A stretch of 64,000 nt of DNA from a virus, in the IMG/VR virus record IMGVR_UViG_3300020203_000404, positions 32,001 through 96,000 of that record. One strand, written 5' to 3'. The position numbers and the translations under genes are program-made. Under the pieces are notes generated by a model. The model did not search any database and was not told the DNA's origin. It saw only the letters and a program-made list of their open reading frames with translations. Shown piece by piece: positions 55,679-64,000 of the stretch. Numbering within the stretch: position 1 is the first letter of the stretch; each line of letters starts with the position of its first letter.

Positions 55679-56944
55679 ATGACTATAGATGAACACGGTT
55701 ATATTTTAGTGCATGACGGTATAGAATATCGCAGACAACATAGAGTTGTGATGGAGCAAGTATTGCAACGCCCATTGACCAATGTTGAACAAGTTCATTA
55801 TATTGATGGAGACAAATTAAATAATCTCGCCCATAATTTACATTTGTGTGCATCAGACGTTGACCATAGTGAATTACATAAACAATTAGAGTCCGTAGCT
55901 ATGCAGGCTGTAAAAAGCGGTTTTATTTTCTTTGATCGCTCGTCTGGACAATATAGATTACGATCTGATTTGATGCCACGCTCATTAGGTTTTGAAGATA
56001 TAGCAATTCAACAGTCATTTAATCAATGTCAATCTAGACTTGATGTAGATACAAAAAGCGAGATTTGTCGTGGCGTTTGGCTTAATGTGCCTTTGGTCGC
56101 CTCAAACATGTCTACTGTTGTTAATGCTGATTTTTGTATTTTACTTAGTAAATATGGTGCTATGGGCATTATGCATCGTGCCGCACCCGATGATATACTT
56201 ATACAATCTGCAAAATCCATGGCTAGTTACTTAGAGCATATTGCCGTTTCGGTTGGCGTCGGAGACGTTCAAGTGCAATTGGCAAAAAAATTAATTCGTG
56301 CAGGTGCAACTATAGTAGTTATTGATATTGCACATGGTTTTAGTTCTGGCGTGCTAGACACCGCCAAGGCCATCAAAGTATTTAGTCCAACAACAAAAAT
56401 TATTGTTGGCAATTTTGTTTGTCCAGAAGCTATACCATATTTTAATGATTATGTTGATGGTATAAAATTAGGTATTGCACAAGGCTTGGCATGTGAAACA
56501 AAAAATACTGCTGGCTGTACAGAGAAACAATTTTCTGCTATTGCTAAAATGACCGCTATATGTCGTGATTTTGGCATGCCAATGATCAGTGATGGTGGTA
56601 TTCGAGAACCCGCTGATTACACTAAGGCAATTGCTGCTGGTGCGAACGCTGTGATGGCCGGGTCTATTTTTGCTCGTTGTCCAGAATCAGCAGCAGAAAT
56701 TGTGCATGTTGATGGTGTGGCTAAAAAAGTATATGCCGGTATGGCCAGTCGTTACGTACAGGACAAATGGCGTGGTATGAAAGCCGGTACATGTCCCGAG
56801 GGCAGTGTTCGATATCTTGATATTGGAGAGTCAGTTGAAAAATTAATTGAACGATATCAGGGAGCATTACGAAGTGGCGTTACATATGCTGGCGGAAAAG
56901 ACATTCAGTCGTTTCAGGCCAATGTGAAATTTATTCGTGTATAA
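55679..56944 (+). CDS. IMP dehydrogenase/GMP reductase family protein (no CBS domains) with an N-terminal degenerate HNH domain
   Basis: PLVASNMSTV; IDIAHG; GIAQGLACET (catalytic Cys); ISDGGI; KAIAAGA..VMAGS; YAGMAS; PEG; N-terminal HRVVMEQ...VHYIDGDKLNN. Confidence 0.9.
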   Translation: MTIDEHGYILVHDGIEYRRQHRVVMEQVLQRPLTNVEQVHYIDGDKLNNLAHNLHLCASDVDHSELHKQLESVAMQAVKSGFIFFDRSSGQYRLRSDLMPRSLGFEDIAIQQSFNQCQSRLDVDTKSEICRGVWLNVPLVASNMSTVVNADFCILLSKYGAMGIMHRAAPDDILIQSAKSMASYLEHIAVSVGVGDVQVQLAKKLIRAGATIVVIDIAHGFSSGVLDTAKAIKVFSPTTKIIVGNFVCPEAIPYFNDYVDGIKLGIAQGLACETKNTAGCTEKQFSAIAKMTAICRDFGMPMISDGGIREPADYTKAIAAGANAVMAGSIFARCPESAAEIVHVDGVAKKVYAGMASRYVQDKWRGMKAGTCPEGSVRYLDIGESVEKLIERYQGALRSGVTYAGGKDIQSFQANVKFIRV

Positions 56945-56960
56945 ATAAAGGAGGCTATAA

Positions 56961-57290
56961 ATGTCAATAACTTTAACAGAGAGTGCTATTAAAGAATTAG
57001 ATCGTATTATGTTAGAACAGAATCTTTCAAAAAATACATGCCTTCGTTTAGGAGTGCGAGGAGGCGGCTGTTCGGGCTTTAGCTATATTTTAGAATTCGA
57101 TGACACTGTGAATGAAGTAGATCAAGTTAATGAACATGGCGGCATTACAGTTGTTTGTGATCCAAAGAGTTTTTTGTATCTTAGTGGTATGAGTGTTGAC
57201 TTTGAGAACACTTTAATGAATCGTGGTTTTAAGTTCATCAATCCTAACGCAGTTAAAAGCTGTGGATGCGGCGAGTCGTTTTCGGCATGA
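56961..57290 (+). CDS. iscA: A-type Fe-S cluster carrier (IscA/HesB/ErpA)
   Basis: LRLGVRGGGCSGFSY; NPNAVKSCGCGESF; RBS AAGGAGG. Confidence 0.95.
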   Translation: MSITLTESAIKELDRIMLEQNLSKNTCLRLGVRGGGCSGFSYILEFDDTVNEVDQVNEHGGITVVCDPKSFLYLSGMSVDFENTLMNRGFKFINPNAVKSCGCGESFSA

Positions 57291-58159
57291 CAATGCGTAT
57301 TCTAGTTTCATACAGAGGAATTCCTCAGTCTCGTGGCTGGGCGACTGGGGATTGCGTCGTTCGTGCTTTTCAAGAACTTGGGCACGAAGCTGTTCCATAT
57401 GGTAACTACTATCAGACACAAGAGAGACTAGAGGGCTCACGGAAGGTCTTAGAAGAAGACTGGGACTTATTCTTATTTCTTGAATGCGGCGATGGCGATC
57501 CCGTCTATACAGAGCTAATGAATGTACGGTCACGCAAGCGAGCTAGCTGGTTTTTTGATGCCGCACTCTATCCTGATCGTTGGCGAGCAATCAATAACAT
57601 GTTTGGCTTTGATGTTAACTTTATGGCAAACGCCAATATGATCTACGATGGAATGTACTTGCCATACGCCGCCGATGAGAAGTTGCATTTTAGATCTTAT
57701 CAAGAAAAGGTTCGTGACTTTCTAATCATAGGTTCTGATAGACCAGAACGTCGCCACCTTTACAATCTAATTAGACAATATTGTCCGGCAGCAAGAACAG
57801 ATTTTTTGCATGGCGTGTTTAGAGAGCAGTACATTGATGAGATAGCTAGATCTCATTATGTTGTAAATGATGTTGCTGGTGGAGGGGGTGGTTTATTACC
57901 CATGAGATGCACCGAAACCATGGCGGCGTGTAGTGTGCTCCTCAGTGTACAAGATTCGGCCCTGCATACCATTGGCAATGATCTTGAGCACTTCATTTCA
58001 TTTCAAGACGAAAACCATCTCGTTGGCAATATTCCAAAAATGTTTTCTGTGGGAGAAAGTCTTTCCAAGAGAATTGCCACTCAGGGCCAAGAGCATTGCT
58101 TGAAGAACCATACCTACAGGAATAGATGTTCGGCCATTTTGACTAGGATGTTCCCGTAA
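57287..58159 (+). CDS. CgeB-like glycosyltransferase
   Basis: YLPYAADEKLH; MRCTETMAAC; GQEHCLKNHTYRNR. Confidence 0.75.
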   Translation: MTMRILVSYRGIPQSRGWATGDCVVRAFQELGHEAVPYGNYYQTQERLEGSRKVLEEDWDLFLFLECGDGDPVYTELMNVRSRKRASWFFDAALYPDRWRAINNMFGFDVNFMANANMIYDGMYLPYAADEKLHFRSYQEKVRDFLIIGSDRPERRHLYNLIRQYCPAARTDFLHGVFREQYIDEIARSHYVVNDVAGGGGGLLPMRCTETMAACSVLLSVQDSALHTIGNDLEHFISFQDENHLVGNIPKMFSVGESLSKRIATQGQEHCLKNHTYRNRCSAILTRMFP

Positions 58160-58167
58160 TTATTCCA

Positions 58168-58248
58168 GATAGTGCTGGACAAGATGTTGTTTCAAGTAAT
58201 CATATGTATGGGCACCGTTGTTCGACGATCTTAAAAAGTTGTTTCCAC
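58168..58248 (+). pseudogene. Orphan C-terminal fragment of a CgeB-like glycosyltransferase
   Basis: Translates as DSAGQDVVSSNHMYGHRCSTILKSCF, 11/26 identical to the upstream gene's C-terminus. Confidence 0.6.
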
Positions 58249-58923
58249 ATGAAAGAGTCTGACAAGATTAGTATTTTGGTTTGCTGTCACAGCAACGATC
58301 ATGAGCACGACATGCTTTTGCAAGCTGCTCTTGAGTCTTTAACTCGACAGACGTATCAAAATTTTGAAACTGTTTTAGTGCTTGATGAGTGTCGTGAAGG
58401 CACGAAATGGATAGCTGAGCCCTATAGGGATATTTTAAGTCTTAAGATTCATGAGCGTTCCCATAAGCAAGGCTTGGCAATGGCTAAGAACTTTGGTCTA
58501 GCTCGCTGTACGGGTCAATGGGTTGCCTACCTTGATGCTGACGACCAGTGGATGGATTGTAAGCTTGAACTGCAACGCAACTTCCTTTTAGAGAACGAGA
58601 ATACGGATTTTGTATTTTGTGAAGTATGGGATAATTATGCTGGTACGCTAACTCCTAACTGTTTCAAGATTGGGCAATACGAAACCCACGCGGCAATTGC
58701 TGCTGCGATGCCGCGTGAGAATGTTGTATGTCACGGCTCAGCGTTAATTCGTAAGTTAGCTATTGATTCTCTGGGTGGTTACAGTACCGACCGTTTACTA
58801 TTGGGTCGCGAAGACTGGGATTTGTGGCAAAGAGCTATCGCTAATGGATTTCATTTCTATAAAATACCAGAAAGATTGTATATTTATGGCATGGGAACTA
58901 GCGTTGTTCGTGGCGAAGTATAA
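58249..58923 (+). CDS. GT2-family glycosyltransferase
   Basis: ISILV; ESLTRQTY; GLAMAKNFGL; VAYLDADD; EDWDLW. Confidence 0.92.
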   Translation: MKESDKISILVCCHSNDHEHDMLLQAALESLTRQTYQNFETVLVLDECREGTKWIAEPYRDILSLKIHERSHKQGLAMAKNFGLARCTGQWVAYLDADDQWMDCKLELQRNFLLENENTDFVFCEVWDNYAGTLTPNCFKIGQYETHAAIAAAMPRENVVCHGSALIRKLAIDSLGGYSTDRLLLGREDWDLWQRAIANGFHFYKIPERLYIYGMGTSVVRGEV

Positions 58924-59885
58924 TGAAATTACTTTATTGTGGACTAAGATTCAACTATGGCAAATCACTAGAGGGCGATAGCTACGAATATTGGAATTTT
59001 GAAGCTGGATTGAAGGAATTTTGCTTATCTCATAAAATAGAACTTCAAATTTATTATCCAGACTATTCTAATATTGCTGTTGACGAACTATGCACTACGG
59101 CATTTGATGCCATTATTCACTTTGCCTTTAATGAATCATTAGATTTGCCAGAGTGTATTGCTAAATTGGCATTAAAGCGTGATGTTCCCGTTATTCAATT
59201 TGATGCAGATTCAAGCTGGCGTTTCCAGAACTGGATCTTCCCGCGTCGTGACCGCGTGAGTCACTTTGTCACTACTCATTCTGCCACTATTCCTTGGTAT
59301 GAAAAGAATGGCTTGAAAGTTATTAAGTCACAGTGGGCTGGTTCCCCGGCGTATAAGGCGAATCCGTGGGCGTATATGTACGACGCTACGTTTGTTGGCC
59401 AGAAGCATGGTCAGATGCCGAATGGCAAATTTCTACGCTCAGAGATCGTGGATGCCATTATGAACGCTGGTATCCGCGTTGACATCTTTGGTAATTACTG
59501 GGATGGTTATGCCAACTGGCATGGCTACGCGAAGGACTTTGAAGAAGTGATTCGCGTATTCAATCAGTCGCGTGTCAATTTGAATCTGTCGAATCCATGG
59601 CATCATGGAACGATGCCACAGATTAAGGGCAGGCACTTCGAAATTCCTCAGTGTCAAGGGTTTCAGATTAGTACGCCAGCAGACGATCTTGAATCTTACT
59701 TTGTACCAGACAAGGAAATAGTCATTGCCAAAAACGTTCAAGAGTTGATTGAGAAGACACAATACTATCTTGCCAATCCAGAGGAGCGAGAGGTAATTGC
59801 TCAAGCGGGTCGTGACCGTATGCTTCGTGACCATCAATGGTACCATCGTTTCGAGTACATCTTTAAGGAAGTGGGATTGCTATGA
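58923..59885 (+). CDS. CgeB-like glycosyltransferase
   Basis: YDATFVG; SRVNLN; KGRHFEIP; YYLANPEEREVIAQAGRDRMLRDH. Confidence 0.85.
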   Translation: MKLLYCGLRFNYGKSLEGDSYEYWNFEAGLKEFCLSHKIELQIYYPDYSNIAVDELCTTAFDAIIHFAFNESLDLPECIAKLALKRDVPVIQFDADSSWRFQNWIFPRRDRVSHFVTTHSATIPWYEKNGLKVIKSQWAGSPAYKANPWAYMYDATFVGQKHGQMPNGKFLRSEIVDAIMNAGIRVDIFGNYWDGYANWHGYAKDFEEVIRVFNQSRVNLNLSNPWHHGTMPQIKGRHFEIPQCQGFQISTPADDLESYFVPDKEIVIAKNVQELIEKTQYYLANPEEREVIAQAGRDRMLRDHQWYHRFEYIFKEVGLL

Positions 59886-60415
59886 GATTGAATCTAGCAT
59901 CACACGGCGACAACCGCGAAGGCTACGTCAACATTGATTACGATCATCCCTCGGCAGACCTCAAGGCCGATGTTTCGGCACTGCCGTACGAGGAAGATTC
60001 GGTAGATCAGATCCTGGCTTACCACATTCTCGAACACTTTCGAGCCGGTGAGTACGAGCCACAACTATCGAATCCGCTCAATCCCAAGACAGCAATGGCT
60101 GCTCTTGCTGAGTGGCGTCGAGTCCTGAAACCGGGCGGCACACTAGAGATCAAGGTGCCGGACTTCGAGAAGATCGTTTGGCTTTACTTCAACTTCCCTC
60201 AATGGGCCAGAGCAGAATCCAGCGTCAACGCTCCATTTGGTAGCTACTCGGATTGGGTTGTATCTAACGGGCAGCACCAGTGCTTGTTTGACAAGCGGGC
60301 TATGCAGCGACTACTAACCGTATGTGGCTTCACGAACATCACGTTCGTTGACTCGCCAGCGGTTGCCGTAATTGACAGAGCGAATTTAGAGATGTATGTA
60401 ATCTGCTCTAAGTGA
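59882..60415 (+). CDS. Class I SAM-dependent methyltransferase
   Basis: LPYEEDSVDQILAYHILEH; EWRRVLKPGGTLEIKVPD. Confidence 0.85.
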   Translation: MRLNLASHGDNREGYVNIDYDHPSADLKADVSALPYEEDSVDQILAYHILEHFRAGEYEPQLSNPLNPKTAMAALAEWRRVLKPGGTLEIKVPDFEKIVWLYFNFPQWARAESSVNAPFGSYSDWVVSNGQHQCLFDKRAMQRLLTVCGFTNITFVDSPAVAVIDRANLEMYVICSK

Positions 60416-60783
60416 TGGTACGCACATACAAAACACTTGAGTTTGGTAGAGCTTCTGGCAATGAAGTATGGCGGTCATACATCGCTCGTGCCGCATCTAA
60501 GGGACTGGCTTGGGAATTGACACGCTGTGAATTTGATGCACTGATATCTCGATCATGTGTCTATTGCAGTAGACCTCCCGGCAACATCAAAAACAACGGC
60601 AGAAACTATGGCCATTTGTTTTACAATGGCATTGATAGAGTTGACAATCGTCTCGGATACATCAAGAGTAATGTAGTCTCGTGCTGTGCCATCTGTAACA
60701 GAGCTAAAGGCACGCTCACCACACAAGAATTCGATCTATGGATTCATGATCTCATGCGAGTACAACATGGACTACCAAACTAG
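60412..60783 (+). CDS. HNH-family endonuclease
   Basis: CVYC...NGIDRVDNRLGYIKSNVVSCCAICNRAK. Confidence 0.85.
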   Translation: MMVRTYKTLEFGRASGNEVWRSYIARAASKGLAWELTRCEFDALISRSCVYCSRPPGNIKNNGRNYGHLFYNGIDRVDNRLGYIKSNVVSCCAICNRAKGTLTTQEFDLWIHDLMRVQHGLPN

Positions 60784-61402
60784 ACGCGACAATCACGACT
60801 TCATGACCGAAGAGCACATCTCGGTGTTCCTACGTAATCACAACACGGGCACGAACAATCGTGGTCGTCATCGCTTGGCGTCCCTACTTTTTGAATACCA
60901 ACAACCGACTGTGTTAGACGTTGCCTGTGGTTCTTGTGTCAACTGGGAAGTGTTTAAGGGACGCGGACTCGACTGCCAGTACACTGGCTTGGATCGCACT
61001 AAGAAGATGCTGGCTCACGCTCAAGCACTCTACGGCGACGAAATTAAACTACAAGAAGGCTTCATCCAGAGTCTTCCATTTCAAGATAGTGCGTTTGATA
61101 TAGTAATCGCCAGACACATAATTGAGCACCTTGGCGAAGGCTATGAACAGGCGATTAAGGAAGTCTATCGTGTTGCTTCCAAAGAGGCAATCATCGTTCT
61201 GTTCGTCGATCTAGCCAATGGGCCAGACGACGAAATCAAGGAGTCGGATCCCGACGAGAACGGCTGCACTTACTTCTGGAACACCTACGCTCACGATAAG
61301 TTCATGACTTTTCTTGGCACATTGGGATGTCAAGTCAAGGTGGAGTATGTGCGTACGCCCGGTGCTGCTGCTAATGATACGATCATTCGACTTATCAAAT
61401 AA
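60767..61402 (+). CDS. Class I SAM-dependent methyltransferase
   Basis: VLDVACGS; YTGLD; LPFQDSAFDIV. Confidence 0.9.
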   Translation: MDYQTRRDNHDFMTEEHISVFLRNHNTGTNNRGRHRLASLLFEYQQPTVLDVACGSCVNWEVFKGRGLDCQYTGLDRTKKMLAHAQALYGDEIKLQEGFIQSLPFQDSAFDIVIARHIIEHLGEGYEQAIKEVYRVASKEAIIVLFVDLANGPDDEIKESDPDENGCTYFWNTYAHDKFMTFLGTLGCQVKVEYVRTPGAAANDTIIRLIK

Positions 61403-61947
61403 TGCACAAACGAATTCAAAACCTTGACGGCAAGAAGTTTGGTAGCTTGACGGCTACTAACATAACTCGTAAACGTCGTAATAGAAAATTGCAGCGTCTA
61501 TGTCATTGTGATTGTGGGCAAGATTCTTGGGTCGAGACAAATGCCTTGATAAGCGGCGGCACCAAAAGTTGTGGCTGTAAGCAAGGCGGTGGTAGAAAAT
61601 TGTCTTTTGGTACCGCCTCAAGAAATGAAGTCTTAAGAAATTACAAAAGCAGTGCTAAGAAACGTGCTCTTGTTTGGAAAATTACCGACAAAGAGTTTGA
61701 CGAGCTAACAAGTGGCATATGTCATTATTGTGGCTCGCCACCCTCTAGAGTCAAACATACTGGAAGAAATTATGGTGACTTTGTTTATAATGGTATTGAT
61801 AGTGCTATAGGATATACTGTCAAAAATGTTGTCCCTTGTTGTACGCTATGCAATAGAGCTAAAAACACCATGAACTATATTGATTTTATTCATTGGATTG
61901 ATAATATCAGGACGCACAATCGTTTGGAGGTTGTATATGTTTCATGA
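61402..61947 (+). CDS. HNH-family endonuclease (active-site segment shortened)
   Basis: GKKFGSLT...CHCDCG...TKSCGC; CHYCG; NGIDSAIGY..NVVPCCTLCNRAK. Confidence 0.8.
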   Translation: MHKRIQNLDGKKFGSLTATNITRKRRNRKLQRLCHCDCGQDSWVETNALISGGTKSCGCKQGGGRKLSFGTASRNEVLRNYKSSAKKRALVWKITDKEFDELTSGICHYCGSPPSRVKHTGRNYGDFVYNGIDSAIGYTVKNVVPCCTLCNRAKNTMNYIDFIHWIDNIRTHNRLEVVYVS

Positions 61948-62785
61948 TGTGACGTACGGGGTTTTGCATTACAATCCCAGCCTAGATGCAGGTGCGACTC
62001 GTGCGTATATTAATGCTGTTGATTCTTTAGCACAAAATAGAAGCTCTAGTTTGCGTAGTGAAATTTTTCTTATTGATCAAAATAGTGATCAAGAGTTAAC
62101 GAATACACTTGCTAAAAAATATGGCTTTAGTTCATTATGTTTAAACAAAAACATTGGCATTAGTCGTGGTATCAACCTGTTAGCCAATATGGCTCGCGGC
62201 AAGTATGTGTCATTAGTCACATCAGATGTGATCTTCCCACAAGGACTTGATGAAAGACTTATGTCTGTGCTTGATGCCGACCCCAAGATCTATCAGATCT
62301 GCCCAGTGTCCGACAACTCGTCTCTGGATCACCAGCGTTCGCCTTGTGCTATTGAAGATGGCGTCCTTATTCCCAACCTAGTTCAAGAGTTGACCATTCA
62401 GTATTGGCCACGTACCGTTTTCGACAAGATTGGATACTTTGACGAACGCTGGAAGGCGTGCTACGAGAACATGGACTTTGCTCTCCGTGCCTTCTTGGAG
62501 GGCGGATCTGTCGTAGTCGATCAACGTGCGTTCTGCCACCATGAGCACAACACCACTATGAAGAGTGGTGCGATTCACCATGCATACGACGGCTATCTAC
62601 CTATGCCCAATGGTCTTGATCATCAGCCGCTCTTGCAGATGTGGCGTGACAAGTGGCCCAACCTTGAAAGATACATGAATCACTATGACACATTCACTAA
62701 GGATATGGGCCAAACGCGGGCGGCAATGTTTTTTGCGTATAGCAAGAACGTGTATCTGCCGTATGTACAAGAAGTCCCTTATTAA
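61937..62785 (+). CDS. GT2-family glycosyltransferase
   Basis: RBS GGAGG; IDQNS; NIGISRGIN; ARGKYV; IGYFDERW..YENMDF. Confidence 0.85.
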   Translation: MFHDVTYGVLHYNPSLDAGATRAYINAVDSLAQNRSSSLRSEIFLIDQNSDQELTNTLAKKYGFSSLCLNKNIGISRGINLLANMARGKYVSLVTSDVIFPQGLDERLMSVLDADPKIYQICPVSDNSSLDHQRSPCAIEDGVLIPNLVQELTIQYWPRTVFDKIGYFDERWKACYENMDFALRAFLEGGSVVVDQRAFCHHEHNTTMKSGAIHHAYDGYLPMPNGLDHQPLLQMWRDKWPNLERYMNHYDTFTKDMGQTRAAMFFAYSKNVYLPYVQEVPY

Positions 62786-62786
62786 C

Positions 62787-63368
62787 ATGAAACGCTACGA
62801 TATCATTCGTCATCTGATTGAGGCACGCGACTACAAGTCGTATCTTGAAATTGGTGTACTGGAACAAGAAACATTCAACAGCTTGCCGCCATTAGATGTT
62901 AAACATAGTGTTGATCCTAATGGGCAAGCTGTGTTTAATACTACCTCCGACGACTTTTTCAAGAATCATTGTCATCAATATTATGATTTAATCTTTATTG
63001 ACGGCTTACATCTTGAAGAGCAAGTGCAAAGAGATATGGAAAATTCATTGACATACCTAAACGAAGGTGGCATAATTATAGTACATGACTGCTTGCCTTC
63101 GGCAGAGTATGAGCAACTGCGAGAAGGTGTTAGTGGCAAACCATGGACTGGGGACGTGTGGAAGGCATTTGCAAAGCTGCGAGCGGATCGTAGGGACTTA
63201 ATTATGCGTGTTGTGGACACTGATTATGGATGTGGGTTGATTGAGCGTGGTGTCGATCCGGTCGAGTATCACTCAATTGATGGCGATTACACCTGGGACT
63301 TCTTCTGTAAGAATCGTAACGAAATCATGGGTGTTATTACACCGGAGCAGTTCATTGGACGTTCATAA
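62787..63368 (+). CDS. Class I SAM-dependent methyltransferase (Methyltransf_24-like)
   Basis: YLEIGV; TSDDFF; DLIFIDGLH; GGIIIVHDC. Confidence 0.9.
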   Translation: MKRYDIIRHLIEARDYKSYLEIGVLEQETFNSLPPLDVKHSVDPNGQAVFNTTSDDFFKNHCHQYYDLIFIDGLHLEEQVQRDMENSLTYLNEGGIIIVHDCLPSAEYEQLREGVSGKPWTGDVWKAFAKLRADRRDLIMRVVDTDYGCGLIERGVDPVEYHSIDGDYTWDFFCKNRNEIMGVITPEQFIGRS

Positions 63369-63882
63369 TCGAGATTGGGTTGTAGCCCGTAACAATCTTT
63401 TGAATGGTAAGCTACTTGAGATTGGTAGTTTTGTTGTGCCCGGCCAAGAACAGATTGCCTTGCGACCAGTAGTCGAAAAGTTTGTCAATAGCTATCTCGG
63501 CATTGACATGCGTGAAGGCCCTGGCGTTGATCTCGTAACTAGCGAAGACAACGCCTTTCCTTTTGAAGATAACACATTTGATGTCGTTGTATCGTTAGAC
63601 ACCCTTGAACACGTTCGCAACCCTTGGACGTTCATTGAAAACGCAGCGAGAGTCCTAAAGCCCGGTGGTCACTTCTTTTTGGCTACCGTGTTTTCATTTC
63701 CTATTCATGGTTACCCGGATGACTACTGGCGTTTCACCCCCAATTGCTTGAAGATGCTCATCGAGACCTATGGTCTCGAAGTGGCAGGTGATTTGACGCC
63801 ATCTGAATGCTGTACTAAAAACCCTGCACATCACTTGGCGAACCCGACAATCGTTCGTCTAATTGCTAGAAAGCCACTATGA
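63355..63882 (+). CDS. Class I SAM-dependent methyltransferase
   Basis: GGAG + TTG start; LLEIGS; GPGVD; FDVVVSLDTLEH; RVLKPGG; HGYPDDYWRFT. Confidence 0.88.
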   Translation: MDVHNRDWVVARNNLLNGKLLEIGSFVVPGQEQIALRPVVEKFVNSYLGIDMREGPGVDLVTSEDNAFPFEDNTFDVVVSLDTLEHVRNPWTFIENAARVLKPGGHFFLATVFSFPIHGYPDDYWRFTPNCLKMLIETYGLEVAGDLTPSECCTKNPAHHLANPTIVRLIARKPL

Positions 63883-64000
63883 ACGCCAAGACATTAGTTA
63901 CTGGTTCGTCTGGATTTTTAGGTCAACATGTCGTTCCACTCTTACGTGCCGACGGTCATGAAGTGATGACCCCATCAAGTAACTCTTTGAACTTACTTGA
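63879..64000 (+). CDS. NAD-dependent epimerase/dehydratase, N-terminus only (GDP-fucose-synthase-like)
   Basis: MNAKTLVTGSSGFLGQHVV Rossmann motif; runs off the window. Confidence 0.75.
   Translation, partial: MNAKTLVTGSSGFLGQHVVPLLRADGHEVMTPSSNSLNLL

Noticed and set aside
1-64000. Minus-strand ORFs in the six-frame track
   Set aside because: All are shadows of long + strand genes, with no recognisable motifs

Overview
This is a 64-kb segment of a large tailed dsDNA phage (jumbo-phage-like), with essentially all genes on the + strand, tightly packed and in the standard genetic code. Bases 1-35 kb hold the virion module: prohead protease/scaffold, a decoration-like protein and its paralog, major capsid protein, neck proteins, probable tail tube, two paralogous chaperone-like proteins, tape measure, and large tail-tip/adhesin proteins (4x LamG-like + PKD). 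Bases 35-46.6 kb hold the replication/expression module: RecA/UvsX-like, DnaB-like helicase, primase, PD-(D/E)XK nucleases, ClpP-like protease, DnaE and a sigma70-family factor. Bases 46.6-64 kb are a dense glycan-biosynthesis island with about 11 glycosyltransferase-like genes, 4 SAM methyltransferases, a partial NDP-sugar epimerase, an HNH-fused IMPDH/GMP-reductase and IscA, interspersed with HNH endonucleases. Four signals stand out. (1) Predicted exterior virion proteins are enriched in a Ser-Gly(-hydrophobic) motif that internal and replication proteins largely lack; with the soluble GT island, this suggests a sequon-directed virion glycosylation system (hypothesis). (2) A conserved TTTAGTGTATT motif sits at gene boundaries of the structural module (candidate late promoter). 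(3) There are structured non-coding regions at about 11.4 kb and 23.2-23.5 kb. (4) Orphan duplicated C-terminal fragments lie behind two GT genes. All product calls come from motif recognition and gene context, not database searches, and the counts were made by eye.
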